Counted from the stretch's first letter, positions 29,313 through 38,647 are shown. The stretch is DNA of 62,793 nucleotides from an uncultured PS1 clade bacterium (GCA_902608415.1 CACLNZ010000006.1:1-62793); one strand, 5' to 3'. Translations and numbers: made by a program. Notes: generated by a model from the sequence alone, not told the origin.

Positions 29313-29314
29313 TA

Positions 29315-29333
29315 ATTGCAATTAAATTGCAAT
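29315..29333. promoter_or_regulatory. Palindrome ATTGCAAT-TAA-ATTGCAAT resembling the alphaproteobacterial Fur/Mur box
   Basis: Perfect 7-1-7 TGCAATT-A-AATTGCA (TGCA-N7-TGCA) about 60 nt upstream of a ferritin-like gene. Confidence 0.55.
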
Positions 29334-29390
29334 ATCAGACAAGTAAAAATTACTATGTTATAAGCGCTCTAAATTGAATTGGAGTTTATT

Positions 29391-29825
29391 ATGGAAGAAT
29401 TAAATCAAGCTAAAGTCTGTGAAATTTTAAATCAGATTATGGAATATGAATTAGCCGGTGTTGTTAGATACACACATTCATCTTTAATGGTATCTGGCCC
29501 AAACAGAATACCAATAGTTGAATTTTTACAGAGCCAAGCAACTGAGTCATTAGATCATGCTCAACAAGCAGGTGAGTTTTTGACGGGCTTAGATGGTCAT
29601 CCGAGTCAGAAAATTGCTAGAATTGAAGAAAGCAATAGGCACTCTATAGAGGATATTCTTGAAGAAAGTCTCGAGCATGAAATTCATGCTTTAAACCTAT
29701 ATAAAGAACTACTTGATTGTGTCGAAAATGGATCAGTTTATCTTGAGGAATATGCAAGAACAATGATTGGTCAAGAAGAGCAACACACAATTGAGCTTAA
29801 AAAAATGCTTAAAGACTATTCATGA
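29391..29825 (+). CDS. Bacterioferritin/ferritin-like protein
   Basis: Ferroxidase-type residues YELAGVVRY, ESLDH, EIH, EEQH; GGAG then ATG at 29391. Confidence 0.8.
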   Translation: MEELNQAKVCEILNQIMEYELAGVVRYTHSSLMVSGPNRIPIVEFLQSQATESLDHAQQAGEFLTGLDGHPSQKIARIEESNRHSIEDILEESLEHEIHALNLYKELLDCVENGSVYLEEYARTMIGQEEQHTIELKKMLKDYS

Positions 29826-29850
29826 TAAATAATCCATTTATTTAACATTT

Positions 29851-29879
29851 TTGACACTTTAAAGATTTATATTTATACT
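29851..29879 (+). promoter_or_regulatory. Near-consensus sigma70 promoter TTGACA-N17-TATACT
   Basis: Exact -35 at 29851-29856 and -10 at 29874-29879. Confidence 0.75.
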
Positions 29880-29902
29880 TTGTTTTAAATTAGGGGAAAA
29901 TT

Positions 29903-30982
29903 ATGAGTGAACAAGAAGAAAGTTTTAATCCAGAGTACAATCCACTTGGCGCAGAGGGCTCCATTGATACTAATGCAATGCCATGGATACCAATAAAAGA
30001 TGTAAAAGGTCTGCATGTCAAGCCAATAAGAGTAAGTCCAGAAAGCGGGATGTTCTCTTTAATTTATAAGCTTGATAAAGGATGTTCATTTCCAAGCTCC
30101 GTTTATCTTGGAGGCATGGATATGCTGGTTTTATCTGGACAGTTGAGTTATTTTCAAGATGACAAAGAGAGTGTTTTAGCTCCAGGAACATGGGGCTTTA
30201 TAGCTGCAAATTCTAAAGTAAATTCAATAACCGCTATTGAGGATACTGAAGTTTTAGCAAATTTTTATAGTGCATTAGCTTTGTTAAAGGAAGATGGGTC
30301 AATTCAATCTCTTTTAACTGGAACTGATGTAATGAAGCTTGCAAATGAGAAAAATATTTCTCTTGTTCCTAATTCATCAACTGAATGTTGGGAGCGTGGT
30401 CCTCAGACTTATGATGGTGAAGGTGAACCTTTAGCTATAGCTTCTTCTAATGCAGCAACATTAGTAGATTCAGATGTTGGATCTGTATTATCATCTGAAA
30501 TTTCTCACCCTCATTTTGTTGATACTAGAGAAGTACCATGGTTTACAATGCCGACAATGCCTGATGTTGGTTTAAAGCTTTTGCGTGTCAGTGAAGAAAC
30601 TGGATTTGTTTCTATGATTGTCAGACATAATGGAGTTGCGCTTCCACATTCACATATTGGCGCTAGTGACTTTTTAGTATTGAGTGGAGCTTTAGGTGTT
30701 AGAGCAGGCCCTCCTGAAGGCTATGGACCAGGTATGTGGTTCTATGAACCTGCAGGTGCGAGACATGAGGAAACACAAAGAGTTACAGATGAAGATTTAA
30801 TCTATACTGCTAATATATATGGTCCCTTAGTTTTTGACTCTGGACCTGGCACACCTGTCGAAGCTGTTGTTTCTTGGATGGATTATAAAACAATGGCTGA
30901 AGAGGGTGGTATCAAATTAGTTCCAAATTCGAATTCAAATGATAAAACCTTACTTGCATGGGCTCCAATAGAAGCAAATTAA
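29903..30982 (+). CDS. Tandem ChrR-like cupin protein (DAD/Dke1-like dioxygenase fold)
   Basis: Two internal repeats (IDTNAMPW.. / VDTREVPW..); PHSHIG and YEPAGARH in repeat 2. Confidence 0.65.
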   Translation: MSEQEESFNPEYNPLGAEGSIDTNAMPWIPIKDVKGLHVKPIRVSPESGMFSLIYKLDKGCSFPSSVYLGGMDMLVLSGQLSYFQDDKESVLAPGTWGFIAANSKVNSITAIEDTEVLANFYSALALLKEDGSIQSLLTGTDVMKLANEKNISLVPNSSTECWERGPQTYDGEGEPLAIASSNAATLVDSDVGSVLSSEISHPHFVDTREVPWFTMPTMPDVGLKLLRVSEETGFVSMIVRHNGVALPHSHIGASDFLVLSGALGVRAGPPEGYGPGMWFYEPAGARHEETQRVTDEDLIYTANIYGPLVFDSGPGTPVEAVVSWMDYKTMAEEGGIKLVPNSNSNDKTLLAWAPIEAN

Positions 30983-32067
30983 AAAAGTATAATGTAGTTG
31001 ATCTATTTTGTGGTGTTGGAGGTCTTACTTTAGGCTTCGATCAAACAAAAAGATTCAATACTATTTTTGCTAATGATGTCGATAGCGATATGTGTAAAGC
31101 ATATAAGCTTAATTTTCCTAACACAGTAATTTCTGATAACTCTATATCTAATGTAGACTTTAAAGATATAACTAGTAAAAAAAAAATTGATATTGTAGTT
31201 GGAGGACCACCATGTCAGGCCTATTCTACATCAGGAAAAAGATTACTTAATGACCCTAGAGCTGTTCTCTTTAAGGAGTATTTTAGGGCAATAAAAGACT
31301 TAAAACCATCACTATTCATATATGAAAATGTAAAAGGCCTTCTTTCTATGGGGCAAGGGCGATTAATAAATGAAATAAAGGAATTATTTCTTTCTCAAGG
31401 CTATAATCTAAAATTAGAAGTTCTAAATGCTGCAGATTATGGGGTACCTCAGATAAGAGAGAGGGTTTTTGTCATAGGCGTTAAGCAGAGAAAAAATTTT
31501 TTGTTCCCAAAAAAAACCCATCACAATAACGAAGGCGAAGATTTATTTAAAAAAACTTATTTAACTCTTGAGGATGCCATGTCTGACTTACCTCGAATTC
31601 CTGTTAACTCTCAATCAAAAACTTACATAAAAGAACCACAAAATAATTATCAAAAGTTAATGAGATTAAAAGCCCCAAGTGCTTTAACAGAACAAGAATC
31701 TGCCAATCATGGTAAAAAGTTATTAAATGCGATTAAGTTTTTACCTGAGGGCGGTTTAAAAAAATCAATTCCCAAAAAATATAGACCTAAATCAGGTTAT
31801 GCTAATAGTTACGGAAGATTATGGTGGAAAAGACCCTCAACAACTATAACAAGAAATTTTGGTACACCAAGTTCTGCAAGATGTGTGCACCCATTGATTG
31901 ACAGAGCACTTACCACTAGAGAGGGCGCAAGACTTCAGAGTTTTCCAGATTGGTTTAAATTTTATGGATCTAGAGCAAAAAAAAATCTTCAGATAGGTAA
32001 TGCTGTACCTCCATTGCTAGCAAATAAAATAGCTAAATCAGTTTTACAGTATTTAGATAAAAAATGA
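30958..32067 (+). CDS. DNA (cytosine-5)-methyltransferase of a type II R-M system
   Basis: DLFCGVGG (motif I), GGPPCQ (IV), YENV (VI), QIRERVF (VIII), REGARLQSFPD (IX), QIGNAVP (X). Confidence 0.95.
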   Translation: MGSNRSKLKKYNVVDLFCGVGGLTLGFDQTKRFNTIFANDVDSDMCKAYKLNFPNTVISDNSISNVDFKDITSKKKIDIVVGGPPCQAYSTSGKRLLNDPRAVLFKEYFRAIKDLKPSLFIYENVKGLLSMGQGRLINEIKELFLSQGYNLKLEVLNAADYGVPQIRERVFVIGVKQRKNFLFPKKTHHNNEGEDLFKKTYLTLEDAMSDLPRIPVNSQSKTYIKEPQNNYQKLMRLKAPSALTEQESANHGKKLLNAIKFLPEGGLKKSIPKKYRPKSGYANSYGRLWWKRPSTTITRNFGTPSSARCVHPLIDRALTTREGARLQSFPDWFKFYGSRAKKNLQIGNAVPPLLANKIAKSVLQYLDKK

Positions 32068-32076
32068 GTAAAAAAA

Positions 32077-32922
32077 ATGAGAAATAGATCTGAGGGATGG
32101 AAGCACGCTAAAGTAAGTGGCCACAGGAACGAAGTATTAATTGCAGAAAAAATTATGAATGATTTAGATTTCTCCAATCAACTTAAGACAATATTAAAAA
32201 AAGATTTTGTAATAAGAAAAGTTGAAGCTGACGGACTCAAGAATAAAAAAGTCATAGATGTATTTGGAACTAAAACTACACAAAAAACAGATTTAAAAAT
32301 TTTCTGGGAAAACAATTCCTTTACAAATATTTCGATTAAAAAAAGTAAATCTGGCCAAGTTTTTTTAATAAGTTTTGAAAATTTTATCAAAGGTTTTGAG
32401 TTACAATTTAATTCAAAAATTCCAAGCGATGTTAAAAGAGCTCTTTCATTATTTATAAATGGAGCAAAGGATATTGAAGATATTCTATCTAATGAAGAAT
32501 ATCAAAAAAGTGACAACAAAATTGTCAAATATGAGAAAAGAAAGAAAAGATTAACATGGGAAACATTAAAAAAATACGATCATGAGTTGACTGAAGCTTT
32601 ATTATTTTGGTTAAAAAAAAATGTCAGAGATTTGATTTTATTTTGTTTTCAAAGAGGTCTGGTTATGCAGGAGTCTAATTGGGCAGAATATTTATGGTAT
32701 TACAATACAATCAATGAAAACAATAATAACATAACACTAAAAATAGAGAAAATTGCAGAAGAGCTATCTTCTATAAAATATCAAAAAAATATCATTCCTG
32801 GAGATAGAACTGGTGGTACAACAATACAATTACCCTTTGGTTTTTTGCAATGGCATCAAAAGAAACTTCAATTTCATCAAAAAATGGATTTAATTATTGA
32901 AGGTTTCAATTTAAATAAGTAA
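32077..32922 (+). CDS. Putative type II restriction endonuclease, PD-(D/E)xK fold (HinP1I/MspI-like)
   Basis: Adjacent to an m5C MTase; G..AK.SG..NE..IA N-terminal helix, KTD...NISIKK catalytic-like core, KLQFH C-terminus. Confidence 0.6.
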   Translation: MRNRSEGWKHAKVSGHRNEVLIAEKIMNDLDFSNQLKTILKKDFVIRKVEADGLKNKKVIDVFGTKTTQKTDLKIFWENNSFTNISIKKSKSGQVFLISFENFIKGFELQFNSKIPSDVKRALSLFINGAKDIEDILSNEEYQKSDNKIVKYEKRKKRLTWETLKKYDHELTEALLFWLKKNVRDLILFCFQRGLVMQESNWAEYLWYYNTINENNNNITLKIEKIAEELSSIKYQKNIIPGDRTGGTTIQLPFGFLQWHQKKLQFHQKMDLIIEGFNLNK

Positions 32923-32974
32923 TAAGATTATATGTTTGAATAAAATAATTTTTAATCTATGCAAGGTTCAAAAA

Positions 32975-33664
32975 ATGGATAATAAGGTTTCTCTAATCGC
33001 TGGTTCAACAGGATTTCTTGGTTCAAAAATTCTAAATTCTTTATCTAAAGAAGATACAAAAACTTATTGTCTTTCAAGAAGAAAGAATAATAATAACCAA
33101 AAAAATATAGAAGAATTAATTATTGATTTTGAAAAATTAGATGACTTTGATTTACCTAAAATTGATCATGTTTATCTATGTTTAGGTTATGAATTAAGAG
33201 CTTGGGAGTTAATCGTAATGCCTGATAAACTAAAATACCCTTTTTATAAAGTTGATTACGAATATACTCTTAATATTGCAAAAAAAAGCTTAGATGCTGG
33301 TGTTAAATCTATCTCATTAGTTTCAGCTGTTGGAGCAAACACAGATTCAACAAGCTTTTACCTAAAAACTAAAGGTGAGTTAGAAGAGGAGATTAAAAAG
33401 CTTCCTTTTGAAACAATCAATATATTTCAGCCAGGTCATTTAGCAGGAAGAATTGATTGGCAAAGAGAAAAAAGTGATCCAAGAATAGATGTCTTTGCTT
33501 TTGAAATAGCATCCTTATTTTTTGATCCATTTATGATTAGTGGATTAAGAAAGTTTAGGAGTATAAATGCTAAAAGATTGGCAAAATTCATTATAAAGAA
33601 ATCTAAAGAAAATCATAACGGCATTAACTATATGAGTTATAATGATTTCACATACGATAATTAG
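32975..33664 (+). CDS. NAD(P)-binding oxidoreductase (TIP30/YraR-like)
   Basis: AGSTGFLG, FYKVDYEY, VSAVGA, FYLKTKGELE. Confidence 0.8.
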   Translation: MDNKVSLIAGSTGFLGSKILNSLSKEDTKTYCLSRRKNNNNQKNIEELIIDFEKLDDFDLPKIDHVYLCLGYELRAWELIVMPDKLKYPFYKVDYEYTLNIAKKSLDAGVKSISLVSAVGANTDSTSFYLKTKGELEEEIKKLPFETINIFQPGHLAGRIDWQREKSDPRIDVFAFEIASLFFDPFMISGLRKFRSINAKRLAKFIIKKSKENHNGINYMSYNDFTYDN

Positions 33665-33670
33665 TTAAAT

Positions 33671-34531
33671 ATGTTCGATATTAAAGATAAAAATGTTCTT
33701 ATAACTGGAGCAACTAGCGGTATAGGAAGAGCAGCAGCAATAAAGCTTTCTTCAATTGGGGCAAATATATTTTTTGTTGCTAGGAGTGAGAGCAAAGCGC
33801 AATTACTGGTTGATGATATTTATAAAATAAGTGGAAAAGAAGCAATTCCAATTATTGCTGATCTATCATCACAATCTGATATTCGTAAAGCAGCACAAAA
33901 ATTTAATTCACTTAATTTACCTCTTCATGTTTTGTTAAATAATGCAGGTCTAATTAATAAAGAAAGGAAAAAAACAATTGATGATTATGAGGAAGTTTTT
34001 GCGATAAACCATCTAGCTTACTTTTTATTAACAACCCTTCTAATTGATAAGCTTAAGGAAGCAAGCGGCAGCAGGATAGTTAATGTTTCATCAGGAGCTC
34101 ATGCTTTTGTAAAAGGTTTTAATTTTGAAGATGTCCAATCTATGGAGGCTTACAAACCTTTTCAGGTTTATGGGTATTCTAAATTGGCAAATATACTTTT
34201 TACAAAAAAATTAGCCACTATTCTTGATAATGAGAACATTACTGTTAATTGTTTACACCCTGGAGTAGTCGGAACATCTTTTGGACAAAATAATGGAAGT
34301 CTTCAGAGATATTTATTTTTTCTTGCTAAACCATTTATGCGAAGTTCTGAGAAAGGTGCAGAGACATCTATATATTTGTGCTCCTCTCCAGAAGTATCGG
34401 ATACATCAGGGCAATATTTTTATAACTGCAAGATAGCAAAAACAACTAAATGGGCGCAAAGCAAAGTAGATGCAGATAGATTATGGGATTTAAGTAAAGA
34501 GTTGACTGGTGTTTCATGGGACATAAATTAA
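33671..34531 (+). CDS. SDR oxidoreductase (retinol dehydrogenase-like)
   Basis: TGATSGIG, NNAG, NHLAYFLLT, YGYSKLAN, LHPGVV. Confidence 0.9.
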   Translation: MFDIKDKNVLITGATSGIGRAAAIKLSSIGANIFFVARSESKAQLLVDDIYKISGKEAIPIIADLSSQSDIRKAAQKFNSLNLPLHVLLNNAGLINKERKKTIDDYEEVFAINHLAYFLLTTLLIDKLKEASGSRIVNVSSGAHAFVKGFNFEDVQSMEAYKPFQVYGYSKLANILFTKKLATILDNENITVNCLHPGVVGTSFGQNNGSLQRYLFFLAKPFMRSSEKGAETSIYLCSSPEVSDTSGQYFYNCKIAKTTKWAQSKVDADRLWDLSKELTGVSWDIN

Positions 34532-34785
34532 GCGGGACCGAATTTCAAATAAAAGTTTGGAAAGAAATTTCGAAAATACCTAAAGGTAAAACAAAAAGTT
34601 ATAAAGAAATAGCTATAGCAATCGGAAGGCCGAAATCTTCAAGAGCAGTGGCAAATGCTTGTGGTAAAAATCCATATCCTGTCGAAATACCATGTCACAG
34701 AATAATTAGATCTAATGGTGAAATAGGTGGCTATTCTGCAGGCGGATCAAAAGTGAAAAGAATTCTTCTTTCCAAAGAAATATGA
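34516..34785 (+). CDS. ogt: O6-methylguanine-DNA methyltransferase, stand-alone C-terminal domain
   Basis: FQIKVW...IP.G...SY, RAVANAC..NP, PCHR active site. Confidence 0.85.
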   Translation: MGHKLSGTEFQIKVWKEISKIPKGKTKSYKEIAIAIGRPKSSRAVANACGKNPYPVEIPCHRIIRSNGEIGGYSAGGSKVKRILLSKEI

Positions 34786-34797
34786 TAGACAAATTAA

Positions 34798-35112
34798 ATG
34801 AATAAATTCCTTTTGGGTTTTGCTTATTTTTGTATTTATACAACGCCTATTCAAGCGGGTTTCCTGCTTTGGATTGTTTGGATAATTTTTTCAACCGACT
34901 ACAGTATTCTGTCTCTTTCAACTGATGAGTTCTTAACAGATAATTTATTTATAATTAAAGAATTGGTTTTCAAATATTTATGGCCTTTAAAATCAATATA
35001 TCAATTTATTTGGCAAATTCCGGCTATTATTTGGATAATAATTAAAGCAATGATTAGTACCTGGTTAGGTTTTTATCTTTTGAAAATTGTAAAAAAAAGG
35101 AATATTGAATGA
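34798..35112 (+). CDS. Hypothetical membrane protein
   Basis: Hydrophobic 104-aa ORF; ATGA overlap with hemH. Confidence 0.55.
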   Translation: MNKFLLGFAYFCIYTTPIQAGFLLWIVWIIFSTDYSILSLSTDEFLTDNLFIIKELVFKYLWPLKSIYQFIWQIPAIIWIIIKAMISTWLGFYLLKIVKKRNIE

Positions 35113-36044
35113 AAGGTATTCTGCTTATAAATCTAGGAACTCCAGATAATTTAGAGCTTTCTTCAGTTAAAAAATATCTTAAAGAATTTTTGTCTGATAG
35201 TTATGTTGTTGATATTCCATCGATAATTAGAAAAATATTAGTCAATTTTATCATTGTTCCTTTCAGATCAAGAAAAACACAAGAAGCATATAAATCTATT
35301 TGGACAAAAGAGGGCTCTCCATTAATTATTAATACTAACCTGATAAAAGAAAAATTAGATCAGAAAATCGAATATCCTGTTGAAATGGCAATGCGTTATC
35401 AAAGCCCTTCAATTGCGAAAGGGCTTATTTCATTAGAAGAAAAGGGCTGTAAGGAAATAATTGTTCTTCCGCTTTATCCTCATTATGCAGAGGCAACTTC
35501 TTTAACTACTAAATTAAAAGTTAAAGATGTTAAAGATAAGCTAGATCTTGATATACAATTATCTTTTTTAGATGAATTTTATAATGAGGATGGGTATATA
35601 GAATCTTTGTCAAAACAAATTAATTCATACCTAAATGCTGATACTGATTTTTTGCTTTTTAGTTATCATGGTATTCCTAAAAGACAAAATGTTAGAACAA
35701 ACCCAACATATGAAGAACAAGTAAAATTAGCATCTAAACTTTGTGCAGAAAGACTTAATTTAGAAGATGATCAATGGGGTGTTGCTTTCCAATCAAGAAT
35801 TGGGCCTGGCTGGTTACAGCCTTTTACAGATAAAGAACTAGAAAATTTACCAAAAAATGGAATTAAGAAGATAGCAGTTGTTTGTCCTTCATTTGTCGCA
35901 GATAATCTTGAAACATTAGAGGAAATCAATATAGAGGCAAGAGAGATATTTATTGAAGCTGGTGGTGAAAAATTTGTATTCATACCCTGTTTAAATAATG
36001 ATGATAAATGGATAGACTTTTTAGTTGAGTATGTTTCTAATTAA
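35109..36044 (+). CDS. hemH: Ferrochelatase
   Basis: LINLGTP, AMRYQSP, PLYPHY, FSYHGIP, FQSR, DNLETLEEI, PCLN. Confidence 0.95.
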   Translation: MKGILLINLGTPDNLELSSVKKYLKEFLSDSYVVDIPSIIRKILVNFIIVPFRSRKTQEAYKSIWTKEGSPLIINTNLIKEKLDQKIEYPVEMAMRYQSPSIAKGLISLEEKGCKEIIVLPLYPHYAEATSLTTKLKVKDVKDKLDLDIQLSFLDEFYNEDGYIESLSKQINSYLNADTDFLLFSYHGIPKRQNVRTNPTYEEQVKLASKLCAERLNLEDDQWGVAFQSRIGPGWLQPFTDKELENLPKNGIKKIAVVCPSFVADNLETLEEINIEAREIFIEAGGEKFVFIPCLNNDDKWIDFLVEYVSN

Positions 36045-36055
36045 GTGAGGAAAAA

Positions 36056-37150
36056 ATGATAACAAAAGCAGATGACTATCCTATTCATCAAACATCCTCT
36101 CCTGTTGCAGAGGTAGGTACTTCTAGAAACTTTTATGATAGGTATTTTTTTAATGGATACTCTAGAGATGACGAAGTATTTTTTGGAGCTGTTTTATGTG
36201 TGTATCCTAATTTAAATATAATGGATGCAGCTTTTACTATCGCTTATCAAGGCACTCAACATAATGTAAGGGCATCACGAATACTTAATTTAGAGAGATT
36301 AGATACTGTTGTAGGTCCAATTGAAGTTAAAGTAATAGAACCTCTTAAAAAACTTCAAGTTTTAGTTAATGATAAAGATTCAGGTATTAATGTGAATATA
36401 ATTTTTGATGGTTTTACAGAAGTTCTGCAGGAGCCTCAAATGTATTTATATGACGGTCCTAGAAAAACGATGGATACCTGTAGAATGGTCCAACATGGTT
36501 CATGGGCAGGGCAAGTAAATATAGATAATAATGCTATAGATATTAATCCAGAAAAATTTGTCGGATCGAGAGATAGATCATGGGGAGTGAGACCTGTTGG
36601 AGCTTATGATAGTCAGCCTCCTGTTCCAATGAGTTTACCTCAATTCTACTGGCTATGGAATCCAGCTCATTTTGAAGATTTTACTACACAATTTCATTTT
36701 GTTGATGACTCTGAAGGAAACATAGTGAATGGGCATTCTGTTTTGCAACACAAAGATAAAAGAGAAAAAGAAACATTTTCAGACTTGGAAAAAAATGTTG
36801 AGTATTTTAAAGGGTCGAGAAGAGTAAAATATCTAGAAATTAATGCTTTAGATAAAAATAAAAATAATATCAATTTAAAAATTACTCCTCAAACAAGAGT
36901 TTTTATGTGCGGTTTAGGGTACATGCATCAAGAGTGGGGTCATGGTCATTTTAAAGGTGAAAATGAACATACTTATGATACTTATAATTTAAGCGAAGAT
37001 CCTCATGATCCTCCATTTCTACATATTCAATCAATAAGTGATGTGATTTTATCAAGAAAAGAAAAAACTTATAATGGGTCTTGTATTCTTGAAGAACTAA
37101 TTCTCGGACCCCATTTGCCTAGTGGATTTAAAGATTTATTTGATCGCTAA
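36056..37150 (+). CDS. Conserved hypothetical protein (hydroxyneurosporene synthase/tocopherol cyclase-like beta fold suspected)
   Basis: DDYPIHQT, RNFYDRYFFNG, RDRSWGVRPVG, GLGYMHQEWGHG; translationally coupled to a phosphotransferase. Confidence 0.6.
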   Translation: MITKADDYPIHQTSSPVAEVGTSRNFYDRYFFNGYSRDDEVFFGAVLCVYPNLNIMDAAFTIAYQGTQHNVRASRILNLERLDTVVGPIEVKVIEPLKKLQVLVNDKDSGINVNIIFDGFTEVLQEPQMYLYDGPRKTMDTCRMVQHGSWAGQVNIDNNAIDINPEKFVGSRDRSWGVRPVGAYDSQPPVPMSLPQFYWLWNPAHFEDFTTQFHFVDDSEGNIVNGHSVLQHKDKREKETFSDLEKNVEYFKGSRRVKYLEINALDKNKNNINLKITPQTRVFMCGLGYMHQEWGHGHFKGENEHTYDTYNLSEDPHDPPFLHIQSISDVILSRKEKTYNGSCILEELILGPHLPSGFKDLFDR

Positions 37151-37152
37151 AA

Positions 37153-38226
37153 ATGCCAGTTAGTACAGAAAAAAATTTTGATGAAAAATTTAATCTCTTT
37201 AAAGAATGGTTAACGCAACAAGACAATTTTAAAGATAAAGGTCATTTGATTACAGCAAATGAAAGCTCTATAGCCTCAGGGTTTTCAAATGAAACTTTTA
37301 TTTTTAGTCTAAATGAAAATGATGTAAGTAAAAACTATGTTTTACGATTAAAGCCTTCTAATTACCAAGTCTTTCCAGAATACAATCTAAAACTACAAGT
37401 TGATATTATGAAATGTTTATATGAGAGAGGCTTTCCTACACCAAATATTATATTGTATGAATCAAACGATGATATTTTGGGCTCCGAGTTTTATCTTATG
37501 GATTTTATTAATGGTGAAGCCCCAACTGATAATCCACCATACCACATGGATCCAGAAGGAATGGTTGGTAGAGCTAATAAAGAAGATAGAAGAAAAATCT
37601 GGACAGAATGGATACATTATTTGAATCGAATTCATACATTGGATATCAATGATTTAAAATTAAAAGAGTTAGATAAAAAGTATAGAAACAATAATCCACT
37701 GGATATTGATATTGATTATTATCAAAATTTTTTAGATTGGGGAATGGATGGAGAAGATAATCCTTTATGCAATAATGTTTTAAGCTGGTTGAAAGAAAAT
37801 AAACCAAAAAAAAATAATCCATTAAGCCTATGTTGGGGGGACTCTCGTCCAGGTAATATTTTATATGATAATTTCAAGGCCTCTGCTTTGTTGGATTGGG
37901 AAATGGCAACATACGGAGATCCAATTTCAGATATCGCATGGGGTCTAGCAGTGGATGATGCTAGCAGTATAGGCTTAACGGTTGATAGGCTAGAAGGCTC
38001 AATGGATTATGAGGAAGCTTTAGTGCTTTGGTCAGAGCATACTGGATTTTCTACAGAAAATTATAATTACTATAGAATATTTTCTTTGTTAAAGTTTTCA
38101 GTAATAATGGTTCGTGTTGCAAAGAAACTTGTATTTAATAATATAATGCCATTAGAAAGCGATTTTTATAAAAATAATTATATCTCAAATTTTCTAAAAT
38201 CTGAATTTGACGCAAATAATTCATAA
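37153..38226 (+). CDS. APH-family phosphotransferase (ACAD10/11 N-terminal-like)
   Basis: GFSNET, VLRL.P, CWGDSRPGN, LLDWEMA..GDP. Confidence 0.85.
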   Translation: MPVSTEKNFDEKFNLFKEWLTQQDNFKDKGHLITANESSIASGFSNETFIFSLNENDVSKNYVLRLKPSNYQVFPEYNLKLQVDIMKCLYERGFPTPNIILYESNDDILGSEFYLMDFINGEAPTDNPPYHMDPEGMVGRANKEDRRKIWTEWIHYLNRIHTLDINDLKLKELDKKYRNNNPLDIDIDYYQNFLDWGMDGEDNPLCNNVLSWLKENKPKKNNPLSLCWGDSRPGNILYDNFKASALLDWEMATYGDPISDIAWGLAVDDASSIGLTVDRLEGSMDYEEALVLWSEHTGFSTENYNYYRIFSLLKFSVIMVRVAKKLVFNNIMPLESDFYKNNYISNFLKSEFDANNS

Positions 38227-38240
38227 ATAAGAGGTTAAAA

Positions 38241-38636
38241 ATGGAAAACTTTATTTACCCAGGTCTTTTAAGTAGCGTTGCTTTATTGGTTTATTATTTT
38301 ACACTTTTACAAGCAGGATTAGCGAGAGCGAAATATGGAATTAAAGCCCCCTCACATGATGGTCCTGAAGAATATGTAAGAAAAGTTAGAGTTCATCATA
38401 ATACTATTGAGCATTTAGTATTGTTTTTACCTGGTTTATGGCTATTTTCATTTGCAGTTGATCCTATTTGGGCATTTATTATTGGTATTGTATGGCCAAT
38501 AGGACGAATAAAGTACGCATTAGATTATTATAAAGATGCTGAAAAAAGAGGTCCTGGTTTATATTTCAGTATGCCACCAATATACATTTATGTTCTTGGA
38601 TCATTAATTGGTTTTATTATAAAAATCGTTTCGTAA
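38241..38636 (+). CDS. MAPEG family protein
   Basis: ARAKYGIKAP, RVHHNTIE, FLP.LW. Confidence 0.85.
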   Translation: MENFIYPGLLSSVALLVYYFTLLQAGLARAKYGIKAPSHDGPEEYVRKVRVHHNTIEHLVLFLPGLWLFSFAVDPIWAFIIGIVWPIGRIKYALDYYKDAEKRGPGLYFSMPPIYIYVLGSLIGFIIKIVS

Positions 38637-38647
38637 AGAGTTTTTGA

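Noticed and set aside
31177-31186. A10 tract in the m5C MTase as a phase-variation switch
   Set aside because: A/T runs of 8-11 nt are common throughout this AT-rich window and the frame is intact
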